This document shows positions 48,725 to 64,000 of a stretch of DNA of 64,000 nucleotides, piece after piece. Origin of the DNA: Eledone cirrhosa (lineage: Eukaryota); the NCBI GenBank assembly GCA_964016885.1, contig OZ024743.1, positions 180,854,001 to 180,918,000 on the forward strand. Direction: 5' to 3'. The notes beneath the pieces are model-generated. The model was not told the origin of the DNA. It made no database searches and worked only from the letters and a program-made list of their open reading frames with translations. Within the stretch, counting starts at the first letter, position 1. Every line of letters starts with the position of its first letter. The position numbers were made by a program, and so were the translations under genes.

Positions 48725-51700
48725 TAGTGTATATATAGTATACTGTACAGTACATATAGTATACTGTATTGTACATATAGTATACTATACAGCACATATA
48801 GTATACTGTACAGTACATATAGTATACTGTACTGTATATATAGTATACTGTACAGTACATATAGTATTATTGTACTGTACATATAGTATACTGTACAGTA
48901 CTTATAGTATACTGTACAGTACATATAGTATACTGTATTGTACATATAGTATACTATACAGCACATATAGTATACTGTACAGTACATATAGTATACTGTA
49001 TTGTACATATAGTATACTATACAGCACATATAGTATACTGTACTGTACATATAGTATACTGTACTGTATATATAGTATACTGTACAGTACATATAGTATT
49101 ATTGTACTGTACATATAGTATACTGTATTGTACATATAGTATACTGTACAGCACATATAGTATACTGTACTGTACATATAGTATACTGTACAGTACATAT
49201 AGTAAACTGTACGGTATATATAGTATACTGTACTGTATATATAGTATACAGTACAGTACATATAGTATACTGTACTGTACATATAGTATACAGTACTGTA
49301 CATATAGTATACAGTACATATAGTATACAGTACAGTACATATAGTATACTGTACTGTACATATAGTATACAGTACAGTACATATAGTATACAGTACAGTA
49401 CATATAGTATACTGTACAGTACATATAGTATACTGTACTGTACATATAGTACACTGTCCTGTACATATAGTATACTGTACTGTACATATAGTATACTGTA
49501 CAGCACATATAGTATACTGTACATATAGTATAGAGTACAGTACATATAATATACTGTACAGTACATATAGTATACTGTACTGTACATATAGTATACTGTA
49601 CAGTACATATAGTATACTGTACTGTACATATAGTATACTGTACAGTACATATAGTATACTGTACAGTACATATAGTATACTGAACAGTACATATAGAATA
49701 CTGTACTGTATATATAGTATACAGTACAGTACATATAGTATACTGAACAGCACATATAGTATACTGTACATATAGTATAGAGTACAGTACATATAGTATA
49801 CTGTACAGTACATATAGTATACTGTACAGTACATATAGTATACTGTACTGTACATATAGTATACTGTACAGTACATATAGTATACTGAACAGTACATATA
49901 GTATACTGTACTGTACATATAGTATACTGAACAGTACATATAGTATACTGTACAGCAAATATAGTATACTGTACATATATTATACTGTACAGTGCATATA
50001 GTATAGTGTACTGTACATATAGTATATTGTACTGTAGATATAGTATACTGTACAGCACATATAGTATACTGCACTGTACATATAGTATACTGTACAGTAC
50101 ATATAGTATACTGTACTGTACATATAGTATACTGTACAGTACATATAGTATACTGTAACGTACATATAGTATACTGTACTGTACATATAGTATACTGTAC
50201 TGTACATATAGTATACTGTACTGTACATATAGTATACTGAACAGTACATATAGTATACTGTACAGTACATATAGTATACTGTACAGTACATATAGTATAC
50301 TGTACAGTATATATAGTATACTGTACTGTACATATAGTATACTGAACAGTACATATAGTATACTGAACAGTACATATAGTATACTGAACAGTACATATAG
50401 TATACTGTACAGTACATATAGTATACTGTACTGTACATATAGTATACTGTACTGTACATACAGTATACTGTACTGTACATGTAGTATACATTACAGTACA
50501 TATAGTATAGCATACAGTACATATAGTATAATGTACAGTACATATAGTATACTGTACTGTACATATAGTATACAGTACATATAGTATACTGTACAGTACA
50601 TATAGTATACTGTACAGTACATATAGTATACTGTACTGTGCATATAGTATACTGTACTGTACATATAGTATACTGTACAGTACATATAGTATACTGTACT
50701 GTACATATAGTATACTGTACTGTACATATAGTATACTGTACTGTACATACAGTATACTGTACTGTACATATAGTATACATTACAGTACATATAGTATAGC
50801 ATACAGTACATATAGTATAATGTACAGTACATATAGTATACTGTACTGTACATATAGTATACAGTACATATAGTATACAGTAGAGTACATATAGTATACT
50901 GTACTGTACATATAGTATACTATACAGTACATATAGTATACTGTACAGTACATATAGTATACTGTACAGTACATATAGTATACAGTACAGCACATATAGT
51001 ATACTGTACTGTACATATAGTATAATGTACTGTACATATAGTATACTGTACAGTACATATAGTATACTGTACTGTATATATAGTATACTGTACTGTATAT
51101 ATAGTATACAGTACAGTACATATAGTAAACTGTACTGTACATATAGTATACTGTACTGTACATATAGTATACTGTACAGTATATATAGTATAATGTACTG
51201 TACATATAGTATACTGTACAGTACATATAGTATACTGTACTGTACATATAGTATACTGGACTGTACATATAGTATACTGTACAGTACATATATTATACTG
51301 TACTGTATATATAGTATACAGGACAGTACATATAGTATACTGTACTGTACATATAGTATACTGTACTGTACATATAGTATACTATACAGTATATAAAGTA
51401 TACGGTACAGTACATATAGTATACAGTACTGTACATATAGTATAATGTACTGTACATATAGTATACTGTACAGTACATATAGTATACTGTACTGTATATA
51501 TAGTATACAGTACAGTACATATAGTATACAGTACTGTACATATAGTATACTGTACTGTACATATAGTATACTGTACAGTACATATAGTATACTGTACAGT
51601 ACATATAGTATACTGTACTGTACATATAGTATACTGTACTGTACATATAGTATACTGTACAGTACATATATTATACTGTACTGTATATATAGTATACAGT

Positions 51701-54700
51701 ACAGTACATATAGTATACTGTACAGTACATATAGTATACTGTACTGTACATATAGTATACTGTACAGAACATATAGTATACTGTACTGTACATATAGTAT
51801 ACTCTACAGTACATATAGTGTACTGTATAGTACATATAGTATACTGAACAGTACATATAGAATACTGTACTGTATATATAGTATACAGTACAGTACATAT
51901 AGTATACTGTACAGCACATATAGTATACTGTACATATAGTATAGAGTACAGTACATATAGTATACTGTACAGTACATATAGTATACTGTACAGTACATAT
52001 AGTATACTGTACTGTACATATAGTATACTGTACAGTACATATAGTATACTGAACAGTACATATAGTATACTGTACTGTACATATAGTATACTGAACAGTA
52101 CATATAGTATACTGTACAGCAAATATAGTATACTGTACATATATTATACTGTACTTTGCATATAGTATAGTGTACTGTAGATATAGTATATTGTACTGTA
52201 GATATAGTATACTGTACAGTACATATAGTATACTGTACTGTACATATAGTATACTGTACAGTACATATAGTATATTGTACTGTACATATAGTATACTGTA
52301 CAGTACATATAGTATACTGTAATGTACATATAGTATACTGTACTGTACATATAGTATACTGTACTGTACATATAGTATACTGTACTGTACATATAGTATA
52401 CTGAACTGTACATATAGTATACTGTACAGTACATATAGTATACTGTACAGTACATATAGTATACTGTACAGTATATATAGTATACTGTACTGTACATATA
52501 GTATACTGAACAGTACATATAGTATACTGAACAGTACATATAGTATACTGAACAGTACATATAGTATACTGTACAGTACATATAGTATACTGTACTGTAC
52601 ATATAGTATACTGTACTGTACATACAGTATACTGTACTGTACATATAGTATACATTACAGTACATATAGTATAGCATACAGTACATATAGTATAATGTAC
52701 AGTACATATAGTATACTGTACTGTACATATAGTATACAGTACATATAGTATACTGTACAGTACATATAGTATACTGTACAGTACATATAGTATACTGTAC
52801 TGTGCATATAGTATACTGTACTGTACATATAGTATACTGTACAGTACATATAGTATACTGTACTGTACATATAGTATACTGTACTGTACATATAGTATAC
52901 TGTACTGTACATACATTATACTGTACTGTACATATAGTATACATTACAGTACATATAGTATAGCATACAGTACATATAGTATAATGTACAGTACATATAG
53001 TATACTGTACTGTACATATAGTATACAGTACATATAGTATACAGTACAGTACATATAGTATACTGTACTGTACATATAGTATACTGTACAGTACATATAG
53101 TATACTGTACAGTACATATAGTATACTGTACAGTACAAATAGTATACAGTACAGCACATATAGTATACTGTACTGTACATATAGTATAATGTACTGTACA
53201 TATAGTATACTGTACAGTACATATAGTATACTGTACTGTATATATAGTATACAGTACAGTACATATAGTATACTGTACTGTACATATAGTATACTGTACA
53301 TATAGTATATTGTACAGTACATATAGTATACTGTACAGTACATATAGTATACTGTACTGTACATATAGTATACTGTACTGTACATATAGTATACTGTACA
53401 GTACATATATTATACTGTACTGTATATATAGTATACAGTACAGCACATATAGTATACTGTACTGTACATATAGTATACTGTACTGTACATATAGTATACT
53501 GTACAGTATATAAAGTATACTGTACAGTACATATAGTATACTGTACAGTACATATAGTATACTGTACAGCACATATAGTATACTGTACTGTACATATAGT
53601 ATACTGTACTGTATATATAATATACTGTACTGTACATATAGTATACAGTACTGTACATATAGTATACTGTACTGTACATATAGTATACTGTATATATAGT
53701 ATACTTACTGTACATATAGAATACAGTACTGTACATATAGTATACTGTACTGTACATATAGTATACTGTACAGCACATATAGTATACTGTACAGTACATA
53801 TAGTATACTGTACTGTACATATAGTATACTGTACTGTACATATAGTATACTGTACTGTACATACATTATACTGTACTGTACATATAGTATACATTACAGT
53901 ACATATAGTATAGCATACAGTACATATAGTATAATGTACAGTACATATAGTATACTGTACTGTACATATAGTATACAGTACATATAGTATACAGTACAGT
54001 ACATATAGTATACTGTACTGTACATATAGTATACTGTACAGTACATATAGTATACTGTACAGTACATATAGTATACTGTACAGTACAAATAGTATACAGT
54101 ACAGCACATATAGTATACTGTACTGTACATATAGTATAATATACTGTACATATAGTATACTGTACAGTACATATAGTATACTGTACTGTATATATAGTAT
54201 ACAGTACAGTACATATAGTATACTGTACTGTACATATAGTATACTGTACTGTACATATAGTATATTGTACAGTACATATAGTATACTGTACAGTACATAT
54301 AGTATACTGTACTGTACATATAGTATACTGTACTGTACATATAGTATATTGTACAGTACATATATTATACTGTACTGTATATATAGTATACAGTACAGCA
54401 CATATAGTATACTGTACTGTACGTATAGTATACTGTACTGTACATATAGTATACTGTACAGTATATAAAGTATACTGTACAGTACATATAGTATACTGTA
54501 CAGTACATATAGTATACTGTACAGCACATATAGTATACTGTACATATAGTATAGAGTACAGTACATATAATATACTGTACAGTACATATAGTATACTGTA
54601 CTGTACATATAGTATACTGTACAGTACATATAGTATACTGTACTGTACATATAGTATACTGTACAGTACATATAGTATACTGTACAGTACATATAGTATA

Positions 54701-57700
54701 CTGAACAGTACATATAGAATACTGTACTGTATATATAGTATACAGTACAGTACATATAGTATACTGAACAGCACATATAGTATACTGTACATATAGTATA
54801 GAGTACAGTACATATAGTATACTGTACAGTACATATAGTATACTGTACAGTACATATAGTATACTGTACTGTACATATAGTATACTGTACAGTACATATA
54901 GTATACTGAACAGTACATATAGTATACTGTACTGTACATATAGTATACTGAACAGTACATATAGTATACTGTACAGCAAATATAGTATACTGTACATATA
55001 TTATACTGTACAGTGCATATAGTATAGTGTACTGTACATATAGTATATTGTACTGTAGATATAGTATACTGTACAGCACATATAGTATACTGCACTGTAC
55101 ATATAGTATACTGTACAGTACATATAGTATACTGTACTGTACATATAGTATACTGTACAGTACATATAGTAGACTGTAACGTACATATAGTATACTGTAC
55201 TGTACATATAGTATACTGTACTGTACATATAGTATACTATACTGTACATATAGTATACTGAACAGTACATATAGTATACTGTACAGTACATATAGTATAC
55301 TGTACAGTACATATAGTATACTGTACAGTATATATAGTATACTGTACTGTACATATAGTATACTGAACAGTACATATAGTATACTGAACAGTAAATATAG
55401 TATACTGAACAGTACATATAGTATACTGTACAGTACATATAGTATACTGTACTGTACATATAGTATACTGTACTGTACATACAGTATACTGTACTGTACA
55501 TGTAGTATACATTACAGTACATATAGTATAGCATACAGTACATATAGTATAATGTACAGTACATATAGTATACTGTACTGTACATATAGTATACAGTACA
55601 TATAGTATACTGTACAGTACATATAGTATACTGTACAGTACATATAGTATACTGTACTGTGCATATAGTATACTGTACTGTACATATAGTATACTGTACA
55701 GTACATATAGTATACTGTACTGTACATATAGTATACTGTACTGTACATATAGTATACTGTACTGTACATACAGTATACTGTACTGTACATATAGTATACA
55801 TTACAGTACATATAGTATAGCATACAGTACATATAGTATAATGTACAGTACATATAGTATACTGTACTGTACATATAGTATACAGTACATATAGTATACA
55901 GTAGAGTACATATAGTATACTGTACTGTACATATAGTATACTATACAGTACATATAGTATACTGTACAGTACATATAGTATACTGTACAGTACATATAGT
56001 ATACAGTACAGCACATATAGTATACTGTACTGTACATATAGTATAATGTACTGTACATATAGTATACTGTACAGTACATATAGTATACTGTACTGTATAT
56101 ATAGTATACTGTACTGTATATATAGTATACAGTACAGTACATATAGTAAACTGTACTGTACATATAGTATACTGTACTGTACATATAGTATACTGTACAG
56201 TATATATAGTATAATGTACTGTACATATAGTATACTGTACAGTACATATAGTATACTGTACTGTACATATAGTATACTGGACTGTACATATAGTATACTG
56301 TACAGTACATATATTATACTGTACTGTATATATAGTATACAGGACAGTACATATAGTATACTGTACTGTACATATAGTATCCTGTACTGTACATATAGTA
56401 TACTATACAGTATATAAAGTATACGGTACAGTACATATAGTATACTGTACAGTACATATAGTATACTGTACTGTACATATAGTATACTGTACAGTATATA
56501 TAGTATACTGTACTGTACATATAGTATACAGTACTGTACATATAGTATAATGTACTGTACATATAGTATACTGTACAGTACATATAGTATACTGTACTGT
56601 ATATATAGTATACAGTACAGTACATATAGTATACAGTACTGTACATATAGTATACTGTACTGTACATATAGTATACTGTACAGTACATATAGTATACTGT
56701 ACAGTACATATAGTATACTGTACTGTACATATAGTATACTGTACTGTGCATATAGTATACTGTACAGTACATATATTATACTGTACTGTATATATAGTAT
56801 ACAGTACAGTACATATAGTATACTGTACAGTACATATAGTATACTGTACTGTACATATAGTATACTGTACAGAACATATAGTATACTGTACTGTACATAT
56901 AGTATACTCTACAGTACATATAGTGTACTGTATAGTACATATAGTATACTGAACAGTACATATAGAATACTGTACTGTATATATAGTATACAGTACAGTA
57001 CATATAGTATACTGTACAGCACATATAGTATACTGTACATATAGTATAGAGTACAGTACATATAGTATACTGTACAGTACATATAGTATACTGTACAGTA
57101 CATATAGTATACTGTACTGTACATATAGTATACTGTACAGTACATATAGTATACTGAACAGTACATATAGTATACTGTACTGTACATATAGTATACTGAA
57201 CAGTACATATAGTATACTGTACAGCAAATATAGTATACTGTACATATATTATACTGTACATTGCATATAGTATAGTGTACTGTAGATATAGTATATTGTA
57301 CTGTAGATATAGTATACTGTACAGTACATATAGTATACTGTACTGTACATATAGTATACTGTACAGTACATATAGTATATTGTACTGTACATATAGTATA
57401 CTGTACAGTACATATAGTATACTGTAATGTACATATAGTATACTGTACTGTACATATAGTATACTGTACTGTACATATAGTATACTGTACTGTACATATA
57501 GTATACTGAACTGTACATATAGTATACTGTACAGTACATATAGTATACTGTACAGTACATATAGTATACTGTACAGTATATATAGTATACTGTACTGTAC
57601 ATATAGTATACTGAACAGTACATATAGTATACTGAACAGTACATATAGTATACTGAACAGTACATATAGTATACTGTACAGTACATATAGTATACTGTAC

Positions 57701-60700
57701 TGTACATATAGTAAACTGTACTGTACATACAGTATACTGTACTGTACATATAGTATACATTACAGTACATATAGTATAGCATACAGTACATATAGTATAA
57801 TGTACAGTACATATAGTATACTGTACTGTACATATAGTATACAGTACATATAGTATACTGTACAGTACATATAGTATACTGTACAGTACATATAGTATAC
57901 TGTACTGTGCATATAGTATACTGTACTGTACATATAGTATACTGTACAGTACATATAGTATACTGTACTGTACATATAGTATACTGTACTGTACATATAG
58001 TATACTGTACTGTACATACATTATACTGTACTGTACATATAGTATACATTACAGTACATATAGTATAGCATACAGTACATATAGTATAATGTACAGTACA
58101 TATAGTATACTGTACTGTACATATAGTATACAGTACATATAGTATACAGTACAGTACATATAGTATACTGTACTGTACATATAGTATACTGTACAGTACA
58201 TATAGTATACTGTACAGTACATATAGTATACTGTACAGTACAAATAGTATACAGTACAGCACATATAGTATACTGTACTGTACATATAGTATAATGTACT
58301 GTACATATAGTATACTGTACAGTACATATAGTATACTGTACTGTATATATAGTATACAGTACAGTACATATAGTATACTGTACTGTACATATAGTATACT
58401 GTACATATAGTATATTGTACAGTACATATAGTATACTGTACAGTACATATAGTATACTGTACTGTACATATAGTATACTGTACTGTACATATAGTATACT
58501 GTACAGTACATATATTATACTGTACTGTATATATAGTATACAGTACAGCACATATAGTATACTGTACTGTACATATAGTATACTGTACTGTACATATAGT
58601 ATACTGTACAGTATATAAAGTATACTGTACAGTACATATAGTATACTGTACAGTACATATAGTATACTGTACAGCACATATAGTATACTGTACTGTACAT
58701 ATAGTATACTGTACTGTATATATAATATACTGTACTGTACATATAGTATACAGTACTGTACATATAGTATACTGTACTGTACATATAGTATACTGTATAT
58801 ATAGTATACTTACTGTACATATAGAATACAGTACTGTACATATAGTATACTGTACTGTACATATAGTATACTGTACAGCACATATAGTATACTGTACAGT
58901 ACATATAGTATACTGTACTGTACATATAGTATACTGTACTGTACATATAGTATACTGTACTGTACATACATTATACTGTACTGTACATATAGTATACATT
59001 ACAGTACATATAGTATAGCATACAGTACATATAGTATAATGTACAGTACATATAGTATACTGTACAGTACATATAGTATACTGTACTGTACATATAGTAT
59101 ACTGTACTGTACATATAGTATACTTTACTGTATATATAGTATACAGTACAGTACATATAGTATACTGTACTGTACATATAGTATACTGTACTGTACATAT
59201 AGTATATTGTACAGTACATATAGTATACTGTACAGTACATATAGTATACTGTACTGTACATATAGTATACTGTACTGTACATATAGTATATTGTACAGTA
59301 CATATATTATACTGTACTGTATATATAGTATACAGTACAGCACATATAGTATACTGTACTGTACGTATAGTATACTGTACTGTACATATAGTATACTGTA
59401 CAGTATATAAAGTATACTGTACAGTACATATAGTATACTGTACAGTACATATAGTATACTGTACAGCACATATAGTATACTGTACTGTACATATAGTATA
59501 CTGTACTGTATATATAATATACTGTACTGTACATATAGTATACAGTACTGTACATATAGTATACTGTACTGTACATATAGTATACTGTACAGCAGATATA
59601 GTATACTGTACAGTACATATAGTATACTGTACAGTACATATAGTATACTGTACAGTACATATAGTATACTGTATTGTACATATAGTATACTGTACAGTAC
59701 ATATAGTATACTGTACTGTACATATAGTATACTGTATAGTACATATAGTATACTGTACAGTACATATAGTATACTGTACAGTACATATAGTATACTGTAC
59801 AGTACATATAGTATACTGTACAGTACATATAGTATACTGTACAGTACATATAGTATACTGAACAGTACATATAGTATACTGTACAGTACATATAGTATAC
59901 TGAACAGTACATATAGTATACTGTACAGTACATATAGAATACTGTACTGTATATATAGTATACTGTACATATAGTATACAGTACAGTACATATAGTATAC
60001 TGTACAGTACATATAGTATACTGTACTGTACATATAGTATACTAGTATACTGTACAGTACATATAGTATACTGTACTGTACATATAGTATACTGAACAGT
60101 ACATATAGTATACTGTACTGTACATATAGTATACTGTACTGTACATATAGTATACTGTACAGTACATATAGAATACTGCACTGTACATATAGTATACTGT
60201 ACAGTACATATAGAATACTGTACAGTACATATAGTATACTGTACATATAGTATACTGTACTGTATATATAGTATACTGTACAGTACATATAGTATTATTG
60301 TACTGTACATATAGTATACTGTACAGAACTTATAGTATACTGTACAGTACATATAGTATACTGTATTGTACATATAGTATACTATACAGCACATATAGTA
60401 TACTGTACAGTACATATAGTATACTGTATTGTACATATAGTATACTATACAGCACATATAGTATACTGTACTGTACATATAGTATACTGTACTGTATATA
60501 TAGTATACTGTACAGTACATATAGTATTATTGTATTGTACATATAGTATACTGTATTGTACATATAGTATACTGTACAGCACATATAGTATACTGTACTG
60601 TACATATAGTATACTGTACAGTACATATAGTATACTGTACGGTATATATAGTATACTGTACTGTATATATAGTATACAGTACAGTACATATAGTATACTG

Positions 60701-63700
60701 TACTGTACATATAGTATACAGTACTGTACATATAGTATACAGTACATATAGTATACAGTACAGTACATATAGTATACTGTACTGTACATATAGTATACAG
60801 TACAGTACATATAGTATACAGTACAGTACATATAGTATACTGTACAGTACATATAGTATACTGTACTGTACATATAGTATACTGTCCTGTACATATAGTA
60901 TACTGTACTGTACATATAGTATACTGTACAGCACATATAGTATACTGTACATATAGTATAGAGTACAGTACATATAGTATACTGTACAGTACATATAGTA
61001 TACTGTACTGTACATATAGTATACTGTACAGTACATATAGTATACTGTACTGTACATATAGTATACTGTACAGTACATATAGTATACTGTACAGTACATA
61101 TAGTATACTGAACAGTACATATAGAATACTGTACTGTATATATAGTATACAGTACAGTACATATAGTATACTGAACAGCACATATAGTATACTGTACATA
61201 TAGTATAGAGTACAGTACATATAGTATACTGTACAGTACATATAGTATACTGTACAGTACATATAGTATACTGTACTGTACATATAGTATACTGTACAGT
61301 ACATATAGTATACTGAACAGTACATATAGTATACTGTACTGTACATATAGTATACTGAACAGTACATATAGTATACTGTACAGCAAATATAGTATACTGT
61401 ACATATATTATACTGTACAGTGCATATAGTATAGTGTACTGTACATATAGTATATTGTACTGTAGATATAGTATACTGTACAGTACATATAGTATACTGC
61501 ACTGTACATATAGTATACTGTACAGTACATATAGTATACTGTACTGTACATATAGTATACTGTACAGTACATATAGTATACTGTAACGTACATATAGTAT
61601 ACTGTACTGTACATATAGTATACTGTACTGTACATATAGTATACTGTACTGTACATATAGTATACTGAACAGTACATATAGTATACTGTACAGTACATAT
61701 AGTATACTGTACAGTACATATAGTATACTGTACAGTATATATAGTATACTGTACTGTACATATAGTATACTGACCAGTACATATAGTATACTGTACTGTG
61801 CATATAGTATACTGTACTGTACATATAGTATACTGTACTGTACATATAGTATACTGTACTGTACATACAGTATACTGTACTGTACATATAGTATACATTA
61901 CAGTACATATAGTATAGCATACAGTACATATAGTATAATGTACAGTACATATAGTATACTGTACTGTACATATAGTATACAGTACATATAGTATACAGTA
62001 CAGTACATATAGTATACTGTACTGTACATATAGTATACTATACAGTACATATAGTATACTGTACAGTACATATAGTATACTGTACAGTACATATAGTATA
62101 CAGTACAGCACATATAGTATATGTACTGTACATATAGTATAATGTACTGTACATATAGTATACTGTACAGTACATATAGTATACTGTACTGTATATATAG
62201 TATACAGTACAGTACATATAGTATACTGTACTGTACATATAGTATACTGTACTGTACATATAGTATACTGTACAGTATATATAGTATACTGTACTGTACA
62301 TATAGTATACTGTACAGTACATATAGTATACTGTACTGTACATATAGTATACTGGACTGTACATATAGTATACTGTACAGTACATATATTATACTGTACT
62401 GTATATATAGTATACAGTACAGTACATATAGTATACTGTACTGTACATATAATATACTGTACTGTACATATAGTATACTATACAGTATATAAAGTATACT
62501 GTACAGTACATATAGTATACTGTACAGTACATATAGTATACTGTACAGCACATATAGTATACTGTACTGTACATATAGTATACTGTACAGTATATATAGT
62601 ATACTGTACAGTACATATAGTATACAGTACTGTACATATAGTATAATGTACTGTACATATAGTATACTGTACAGTACATATAGTATACTGTACTGTATAT
62701 ATAGTATACAGTACAGTACATATAGTATACTGTACTGTACATATAGTATACCGTACTGTACATATAGTATACTGTACAGTACATATAGTATACTGTACAG
62801 TACATATAGTATACTGTACTGTACATATAGTATACTGTACTGTACATATAGTATACTGTACAGTACATATATTATACTGTACTGTATATATAGTATACAG
62901 TACAGTACATATAGTATACTGTACAGTACATATAGTATACTGTACTGTACATATAGTATACTGTACAGTACATATAGTATACTGTACTGTACATATAGTA
63001 TACTGTACAGTACATATAGTGTACTGTATAGTACATATAGTATACTGAACAGTACATATAGAATATTGTACTGTATATATAGTATACAGTACAGTACATA
63101 TAGTATACTGTACAGCACATATAGTATACTGTACATATAGTATAGAGTACAGTACATATACTATACTGTACAGTACATATAGTATACTGTACAGTACATA
63201 TAGTATACTGTACTGTACATATAGTATACTGTACAGTACATATAGTATACTGAACAGTACATATAGTATACTGTACTGTACATATAGTATACTGAACAGT
63301 ACATATAGTATACTGTACAGCAAATATAGTATACTGTACATATATTATACTGTACATTGCATATAGTATAGTGTACTGTAGATATAGTATATTGTACTGT
63401 AGATATAGTATACTGTACAGTACATATAGTATACTGTACTGTACATATAGTATACTGTACAGTACATATAGTATATTGTACTGTACATATAGTATACTGT
63501 ACAGTACATATAGTATACTGTAATGTACATATAGTATACTGTACTGTACATATAGTATACTGTACTGTACATATAGTATACTGTACTGTACATATAGTAT
63601 ACTGAACACTACATATAGTATACTGTACAGTACATATAGTATACTGTACAGTACATATAGTATACTGTACAGTATATATAGTATAATGTAATGTACATAT

Positions 63701-64000
63701 AGTATACTGAACAGTACATATAGTATACTGAACAGTACATATAGTATACTGAACAGTACATATAGTATACTGTACAGTACATATAGTATACTGTACTGTA
63801 CATATAGTATACTGTACTGTACATACAGTATACTGTACTGTACATATAGTATACATTACAGTACATATAGTATAGCATACAGTACATATAGTATAATGTA
63901 CAGTACATATAGTATACTGTACTGTACATATAGTATACAGTACATATAGTATACTGTACAGTACATATAGTATACTGTACAGTACATATAGTATACTGTA
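48725..64000. repeat. 21-bp satellite array (consensus GTACATATAGTATACTGTAC[A/T]) with higher-order repeats; runs off the window
   Basis: Direct reading. Identical blocks recur at offsets of 5021/5105 and 11428 bp. Confidence 0.98.

Noticed and set aside
48646-63929. Dozens of long ORFs (YTICTVQ / YYMYCTV / YSILYV repeats, up to 823 aa)
   Set aside because: The 21-bp satellite monomer is a multiple of 3 and lacks stops on one strand. All frames are open and frame switches follow monomer deletions.
48725-64000. CRISPR-like array
   Set aside because: There are no unique spacers, monomers are contiguous, the context is eukaryotic and no cas genes are present.

Overview
Repeat-dominated animal genomic DNA with no confidently identifiable intact host gene. 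SINE type and microsatellite density suggest a cephalopod such as Octopus (inference). From left to right: a 4.3-kb GTT/GGT/GTA triplet array; tRNA-derived SINEs; a near full-length decayed Tx1/L1-clade LINE (minus strand); a 627-nt direct-repeat element carrying hammerhead ribozymes (retrozyme-like); a decayed RepHel Helitron with a tandem deletion derivative; RTE fragments and two MITEs; several Penelope-like elements (one coding copy with an inverted partial duplicate, one Naiad-like 3' part, and non-coding derivatives) with readable hammerhead cores; two further Tx1 fragments in (GATA)n; and over 15 kb of a 21-bp satellite with kb-scale higher-order repeats. The most notable observations are: (1) a conserved AG|GTAAGT donor over the ORF1 end in two diverged Tx1 copies, where a 53-58-nt putative intron would fuse ORF1 and ORF2 in frame in both; (2) the retrozyme-like element; (3) a 3' tail shared by the SINE and the Tx1 LINE; (4) microsatellite-targeted tandem Tx1 insertions; (5) a multi-hairpin Tx1 5' UTR. 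All calls come from manual reading; no database search was run, so novelty is unverified.
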